Shown: piece after piece, positions 11,801 to 20,800 of the stretch | How positions within the stretch are numbered: the first letter of the stretch is position 1 | Layout: the number at the start of each line of letters is the position of its first letter | IMG/VR virus record: IMGVR_UViG_3300037484_000435 | Location: 256,001-320,000 of that record | Reading direction: 5' to 3' (one strand) | Source: a virus | Lineage: Duplodnaviria > Caudoviricetes | Length of the DNA stretch: 64,000 nt | Notes under the pieces: model-generated | The model's input: only the letters and a program-made list of their open reading frames with translations | The model's database searches: none | What the model was told of the DNA's origin: nothing | Program-made: the position numbers and the translations under genes

Positions 11801-14800
11801 AATAATATCCAGAATGACCATATCCCATTGATTCCCAGATGTAGTATAGTTAATATAATCCGAATCGCTTGAAGTCTGTAATGGAACTACTACACTCGGG
11901 TTACCGCCGAAAGTTACTACGGACGGTGTACAGAGTAGAGACCAATCCGTAATCCCCACATGATAAGGGTAAACTTTTATTCCACTAACAGAGGGTGAAC
12001 TCCTAAATGTGTGGGCTATAGAAAGGTCACCGGAACCCACAGATTGAAAATCTCCATGAGTGAGTGATTCCACACCACTTGCACTAACAGAGGTCCACGA
12101 AAACTGGTCATCCCGTGAAAGAGATGTGTCTACAAATTCTTCTTGTTCAATGAATGTCCTTATATAAGGTATATATTTTCCAACAGTGTATATCCCAGAG
12201 ATTGTGGTGCTGTAGTTCCCTGATACTGAAGGAATTACGGGCACGTCTGAGAAATGTAAACTAGATATATTTATGCCTGTAGCACAAGTAGTTGACCCAT
12301 AAATATTAATACCATAATATTGGTACGCTTTGGTATTCAACAAATTATTCCACATTACTTCAGGGACCTCGTCCTTCTCGTAATAAACTATCCGGACTCG
12401 AACCACCCCTTGTGTATCTGGTACAATTGCATTGGTGCCAAGATATAAATCAAGATTAGCAAAATTATTTGTTCCTGACCAACTCATCACTATACCGCTA
12501 CCAGCAAATTGTGAAGATACTAGGGAGTTTCCGTCTCCCAACAAGGAATACGTAGGAGAACTTCTAAAAGCTATTTTCGGCTCATTAACTATACCAGGTG
12601 AATTTGGAATTGATATCCTGTCACCAACCTGATTTCCTAATCGATAGTACACCCCATATTGTCTTTGTGTATTTCCTGCGAAACCGACAAGAGTTTGACC
12701 AGTACCCAAATATAAACCGGGTTCCCAAAAAGCCCCAGAAGCAGGGATTAAATAAGGTTCAGGTAAATGGTACCAGTAGTTTCCTGTGCCTGGATGTGTA
12801 ATACCAGAGCAAATATTAAATATACTGTTTACTGAGGCATCCCAATGAAATACTGCTTTATAGGTAATACCTGTAATTGGGACTGAACTATACATCCCTA
12901 TATCAGAAATATAAGTTCCCCCCGGAATGCCCGTAGGATTGCCCTGAAATACATATGTGTAATCCCCGCTAATCCAATAGTTAGCAAACCCCCAAGTAGT
13001 AGGGATATCTAATTGCTTACTATACCATCCACCTTTACAAGGGCTATCTACACCCAAGTAAACTTCTAAACGTTCAATACTATCTCTAAGGGTAAAGAGT
13101 TTCCTAGGAAAGGTTCCACTAATAGTAATTAAGAACTCTTCCTCTTTTCTAATAAGTGGAGCAGAGGGTGGCGGAACATAATCATATACCTCTGATAATA
13201 TTTTCCATCCCTCCTCTGGGTCCAAAGCATCTAAACCATACTTAACTTCTGGTCCCAGCAACGGGGTATCTACGGATGACCTTATACCGAAACGAGTAAG
13301 ACAAACTCGTCTTCCAAAATCAACAACTATTTTTCCCGGTGCTTCCAAAGTGGTTGCTTTAGCAAAGTATAGACCGTCCTGATTAAGGGTAGGATACTTT
13401 AACCGATACATATTAAACACTTCTTCATCAGTCAAATACTTATTAAAATGCATTACATTATCTAAAGAGAATTCCCCCTTAACTCCATCAGAACCCTTAA
13501 GAGGTAAACCAAAATACATACAGTTTGCTTGGTCACGCTCAGTATAGTGTATGTCTGTGGGGTCTACCATAATAACCGAGTCGGAAGGATAAACATCTGA
13601 ATAGAGATTACTAGAGTATATATCAGGAGCACCATCCACCCATACTTTCATACTACCATCAGATTTAAAAGCATAGGCTATATGATGCCACACCTGATTG
13701 GGCCAACGATAACGACCAGTGACAATTGCTTTACCATAATTCCCAAAAACTAAACGACTCTGATAATAGCACTCTTTAGGCTGTAAATACGGATAGGGAG
13801 AATCATTAAATAATAAGTCTTGATAATAAGAAATATGCCAAACTCCTGGTATGGCCCCATAGGAAACCCAGCCACCCATAATATCATAATAAGCAGTATA
13901 TCCTACATCTACAGTATGACCTGGCTTAAACCAAAACGCTACTGTATATTCGGTCAACCGAGAGGGCAATGTAAATCGTATGTTTCGTTCTTCATCTGAA
14001 TTATCATCACTAATATACGCACACCTTCCAACCTTTCCCACATTACTAAGAACTGGCCCCACCCTAGTAGCTATTACATTATTCCCAGATAAATCATCAT
14101 AATCCCCCTCTTCCTCATCTAACGTATGCCAAGCCATTATATTAGAGTTACCCAACTCCACGACAGTAAAGGGTATATCTTCTGGATTCTCTGGGTCATA
14201 TTTAAAAATAACTTCTGGCGTTGGGCACACAGTATTTAGATTATTCTCCCCATGGTAAAAGTAGGAACCAGGAGAAGGCTCGCTCGCACCATAAGAAGTA
14301 AAAGTATTATATATTTCCTTTACTGCCCTGTGCACACCAGGATGATAAAGCATCTCTATTGAGGCTGGGTCTATCCCACTCCCGACAATCCTCTGTATAA
14401 CATTATAAGGTTCTTCCACAATATGATAAGATTGATAAGATTTATTTATCAATAATTCCATCTCAGCTAAACTTGAATATCCTGTAGCAAAATTAGAGTG
14501 GCACGGGTCAAAACGAAAGTATCTATAGCTATCAACGTAATCGTCAAAATAAACCCAAGGCAACTTCGTAGCATTCGTTCTTGGTGCAAGAAAACCATCA
14601 TCAAAATACAATTCGTCCCACCCATCAGAAGATAATAGGTTCCGAGGAGAATTAGAACCACCTATCGTAATCATCGTGGGAAAATGTTCTAGATAGTAGT
14701 TGTAGCTACTTCCGGTCTGAAAACGAAAAGCATTAATATAGGAGGGCTCGTCAAAGCGAAGCATAAAGTAAAGGTGTTGTGTTTCATCCAGTTTACGATA

Positions 14801-17800
14801 GCTATAGAAAAAGGTACTTGGGTCCCCATCCATCAAATGCTGAGCAAAGTGGGTAGCTTCAAAACTGGCGGACCCTGAAATAGTATAGGGCCAAGCATTA
14901 TAAGTGTCACCACGAGAATCCTCAAAATAAAAAGTATAGGTAGTAATACCTTGTGTATCTGGGACTATTGGTGTCGCGGGGCGGTACAGGTAAACTGCAC
15001 TCGCTGTTGTGAACGGTCCTAAAGTTGTTCCCCCGACATACTGGTGGCCATCAGTCCCAGGACTAAACGCAGGATACATGATATCATGGTCTGTATCTGT
15101 ACCGACTGTGAAGTAAGTAGAATAACGAACAGCCAAATGGGGGCGTTGTGTACTATGCAGGGGTAAATTTATATTGGTTCCAGTGTAATCACCGTATTGA
15201 TATGAAACTAACTGAGCACCAGTATAATCACCCATCATTCTAGGAAAGTTAGGTTGATACCAACCCAGATGATAAGTAGCCCCATCACTAGGAATTTCGT
15301 AGGGGTTAGTAAGTTTAAACCAGCGGAAGCCACCACCAGAATGTGTAAAAGTCGCGATGTCCCATATGTCATACCACTCCCCACCCACATTCCTGTCTTT
15401 AAAGATACGAAAGGAAATATTACTGGCTAGGTCGGAATCAACTCCCACATAAGCAATAGCCTTACCATTATCAAGATTCCAGTGGCGGTCAACAATCGTC
15501 CAAAAACTATTAGAGTAGGTCCCAGAAGCGGTATCAGGATTACCATCAACCTCAACATACCCACCCTGAGTTCCTGACACAGATGTAATCACCATCCCTG
15601 TAACTTGGTAATATGCAGGTAAGTCTAACAACTTAACAGGATAAGATGCCTCGGAATAGGTTACGGTTTCGGTATAGGAATTCCCCTCAGCAGTCTCGAT
15701 AGACATACCAGAGAGTTCCATATTGTAGGTAGACCCTCCCCAAACGGAAGAAACTTGTAGGCGATAATTCAAGGCTGAACTAGGAAGGTCATCAAAAGCC
15801 ATATATTGAACTACAAGCGGTAAAATTAAATCAGTTCTATAACTTCCCAAAGTCACCGTACCCGTTGGTCCGGGGGAAGGTATAACACCTAAATTTGCGT
15901 ATCGAAAATTTTTACCAGAAGACGTCCGTTGCAGAGAGGATAAGCTAGAGACACCTCTCCAAATCCCAACATAGTAATTACCAACCGCAGGCACCTTAAG
16001 TGGGGCTGAAAGAGTAGTCCAATGCAAACCATCACTCGGATGATTAATTGGGCCAATATCACTAACTTCCCACGTTAAGTCATTAATATTTTTACATAGT
16101 TTAAACCTAGCTTCCCCAGGGGTCCCAAGACAGTTTAGCCCTATCTTGTCAATCACATAACCATTATCTAGTGGTATTGTAAGGTCCACAAATAATACAT
16201 TATTGTCACTTATTGCGTTAGTATTCCCAGCAACAAGATTACCCTCTATCCGTCTTACACTATCCTCGGGAGAATAAGGTATAGTAATTGTTGGACCAGT
16301 TACGGCCTCACCACCACTAGGTAGGTCCCCTCCAGGTTTGTCGTAATCTACTTGTGTTAACTTTATCCAATCCGCATCAACATCCAAACGCGGAGTTCCC
16401 GATGTAGAAGCCCACAACGATACTGTTTTTGGGGATACTAGCCTGTGTGCTAAATTTTGACTCCCCACAGTTACAGAGTCTTTCACAGCGGTCAAATTGA
16501 ACGCAGTTATCTGAACAGGTTTAGACCTATAATCAATCCCTATGTTGACCACCCCAGAAGACATGGGGTATTTACTTACATATTGTGAGTAAGTAGTCCC
16601 GTCAAATAAGTAACGGGCATCAAAACCTTGTTTAGCTTCCAGTATGGTAAATCCTATGTTGGAGCCAGAATCATCGGAAAACTCCAATTTACCCAGACGG
16701 ACACAGCAAGTGTTGTCTCCGTAGATTGAATTTACTTTTAGTCGGTAGTGGTAGTAAGCTCCAGACGCCGTAATCCCCATAAAGTCAGAATATCTATTGG
16801 GTGCAATTGGCAATACACAAACACCAGAAGTCAAAAATGTCCAGTGGGATTCATTTTCTAAAGAAGGGCTCGTAAGGTTTGAAGCAGAAACTTCTACATT
16901 GTGTGGAAATTCTATGTCCCAATAATAATAGTTAGACGAAGACTTGATGCGGAGTTTATTAAAGGTACGTTGCTCCGTCATACCCAAACCTATTATAACT
17001 GGGCCTTTATCTATAGGCCTACCACTGTGAAATTCTACAGAAGAGTCAATATCAAAAGCATAGGTTGCTTCCTTCCCTGGTTGGCACGTATTCTCTGTCA
17101 CCCAATATAAGCCACTTGGGGCTGTTTCCATGTAATTAGTAGTGAGGTAATAGCTGGGCTCAGAAAACTCTACCACAGAGCCTACCTGCACATCTGGGGC
17201 ATAACTCGTGGGAGTGTTAACTGTAATCAATTGTGTAGCATAAGCATCAGGGGAAACTATTTCGACCGTATGTTTTTCTGTCACGCCAAAGAAATCTGGT
17301 AAAGCATATTTAACATTGTAAAGTTTATTATAGAAACTTGTTCCTGTGAGAGTAACCCAGTCACTAATTTGTAAACCATTATTGGTGGCTGGAAAAATAA
17401 CTAAGTCAGACTTACGCACCTCTATGTTCTTTAATAAAACCACACCAGATTGAGAAGTAAAATCGCTCACCACTACAGTCTGTTCGTCATATGATGCAAA
17501 TTTAGGTAGTTCAAAATATCTATAATCTGTGTAGCCACTTAACCTAGAAAGTGCTCCCGAACTCTCGTCTATATCAGAAGCAATTAGGATATCTAGGTCT
17601 GCTGGAACTGTAACATTCAACCAGTCTGAAGTTAAAATGTTGTATCCACCTGAGATGGTGCACCCTCGTTGACCATCAAATAAGAACTCTTGCGGTGTTG
17701 CTGTACCAACAGGATTATAAGCAATACCCTTAATTGTTATTCCTTCTAACAGCGATTCTATCACACCATTGGAGACCAGCCCCACCCCAAATTGTGGGTA

Positions 17801-20800
17801 ACAACCACTAACCATTAAAGTCAAGTAGTCGGCTTGCGGAATACTTTGTAACTGGGTGGATGTCATTCTATTAGACCCTGCTGAAAAAGCATGCCACAAT
17901 GCCTTTCTGGCATTATTCTCGTCCGCAGTTCGCCAAAACTCTCTGTAGTATTTCCATACCCCACCGTCGTTCTTCGCTATCGTTTTCCAATGGTCCTGCT
18001 CATAGATCGACCAAGTCAAGCCACCGTCAAATGAGAGGGAATAATAAGCAGTAGAATTTTCACGCATGTGCTCGTTAGGAAGCACTTGGTGCACCTTATC
18101 AAAGAATATTGTAGAGTTCACTATGGCTGGGAATAAGCCGGGGGAAGTTCTGTGCTCACAAAAATCCAACTCGCAAATATGAGTGGATTCTGTACCGACA
18201 GGGGAACACATTTTGTTGTAGACATAAGGTTTTACCCAGACGTCATAAACTAGCAATCTGTAATAACGATAAAGCTCTAAAGTAGGATAATCAAACCAAT
18301 CTCCCACCGCACACGTTCCTGGGATTTGTCTATCTGGAGGATACTGGGAGGGGGCAAACAAATCAGGGTCATAATCAATAACTTGTTCTAGAGTTACCCA
18401 ACTAGATTCAACGTCTGGAGTATTCGATGCTTGGAATTTCCAACTCTTTGGTTTAGAACACGCGGGGTCCGGACACCCATAAGTGCCGCACAATACTGTT
18501 TGAACCCACATCCTATACTTACTGAATACTTTGGGACTCCCCAAATCAAACCCAAATTTCACAGGCATAGGACCACGATAGCATAAATCAATCCACGGAC
18601 ATTCATCTTTGATTAAACACTCCCATGGCTGAGACATACGGCGATCGAAGAATTTAGCTGTGCCTTCCCAACCAGTCCAGTCACCTTCGAATTCTGGGTC
18701 TTGTGCTTCACATACCACGAAGAAACTCCCAGCCCATTTCTCTGACGATCTAGTAACATACGCCCGCCCAGGGTCATCTAACTCATACCCAAGATTCATA
18801 AATCCCAAAATTGAGGTTCTGGATTTAAATACTAAATTGCCAGAAGAAAAGTCGGGCATACTAGACTCATACTCTGGGGTAATAGAGGGACCGGGAGTAC
18901 TGCTTAAATAACCTGACTCGTCATAAAGAACATCATATATGGATGTTATTTCTGTGTTCTCTTCTATAATGGAAAGTTCAACACTTCCGTAACCTTTACC
19001 ATAGCTATTGTAATCAATTATGTAACCTGTGTGCCCGTTGAGAAAATTAATCTGAGTATACGCAACAACATCACGAGCATCTTGTTTGGCACCATAATCA
19101 TCTATCTGAGGTCCAATAGATATAATCTTTCGAATCTTCGCTGATGGTGTAAAAGTCTCTTCATCATAAATACCCCACACCACTACTATATGTGCCGTAC
19201 TAAAAGTTAACACAATATACTGGCCATCGTAAAATTCGGTACCCTCAACTGTAATATAATCCCCCGGAACTAAGCCGTGATTGGTACAACGAAACCCAAT
19301 AACATTCGCGTCATACATGATGGCCTCTTGCCCGTCATCAAAGTCCACCTCTGGCCCCTCAAAATGCCCGTAATGTTGTGACTTCTCAATTACTAAATTA
19401 TCTATCAAGTCTATATCGGTGGGGGTTATATTCTGGAGATTAACGCCGGTAACAATACCATCATTTTTCCACCTAACAATAGGTCCTTTTATATTCCTTT
19501 GTTCAAAAGAAGAATTAGTCTGAAAGTCTAAAGTTACTACAGTGGACGTCGCGGGCATATAAGACATATTACGAATGACAATATCTTCATCCGTACTCTG
19601 CAGGGTAACTCGAATACCATCGTTGGTAGAGGTTACCTCGGTTCCAGGTATAAGTTGTCTAATTGCGTAACCTTGCTTATTCGTAATAGGGTCTGGTGTA
19701 CCGACACCTGCCCACACCTCGTCTTGAATCCATGTGCCCGAGATTGTTTGACCAACATCTAACAGGATTGGGTCTCCCTCAAAGTGTCCGCATTTACCTA
19801 TATCTGAAACCCAATGGCGTATATCTCCCCTTACAGCATGGTCTTGTACATGGTCTGAATCAAAAAGTGTGGAAGAAACAGTAATGTTTATCGGAGCAAT
19901 AGACACGTGTGAAAGAGAGACGGGTCCGTCCTGTGCCCCAGAAAGAGTTAGACTAACATGGCTTGTTTCTGGTAAACCAGAAGGTTGTCTAATAATCTGT
20001 CTAATAGATTGATTTGTTAAATCTCTGCTTTCTGGCAAACTTATTTCAGGAGTAGTGTGATAATCGGCTGATACTAAATTAACCGTCTCAGCAGTCAACA
20101 GAGGAATAGGTTCGGACTCAAAGTAGCCGATATTTCCTTCTAGTTGCTCCCAATAAGCAATTACACCTTTTACATCTTCCCGTTCTATTCGTGCTACATC
20201 ATCAAAGTAAACTGTATGAGGAATCTGCTCTTTTGTGAAACTAGGAAAAGTTATTGCTTCTACATATTCTATTTTTTCTAGATTTATGTAATTAGCCCAC
20301 CCTGCTAAAATATCAAACAAATAATAACGGTAACGCTGGTCATTGTAAAAAGTAAACCAAATAGACCAGACACCATCAAAATTGGGAGCACCCAACCAGT
20401 ATTGATCATTTCTTATATCCAAATCAACCCAATTAATATTATCATTACTGGCCCGCAATACCCAACTTCGAATAGGACGGTTGGGATTCCACCAAGTTTT
20501 ATATCTATACTTATTAATACACTTAGGGTTATTTACTCCACAATCTACTTTAATCCACCCAGTGTAGTCTTGGGGATCCCACCCAGCTGGCATTGCTGGT
20601 TGACTAAAAATCTGATAGTCTAAGGAATGATTCCTACTAGTGCTTACTACATAAGGTGCAGGAGCAGTGTTACTAGTCATAGTAGGAACCGCTCTAGTAG
20701 TGCTGGTATTCTTTGACCCGTCTCCCATAAAAACACCAGTGACAGTAGTTAATAAATAGGTAGGCTGTTCAATTGCAAGGCCCGTAAGAAGATAGTTAGT

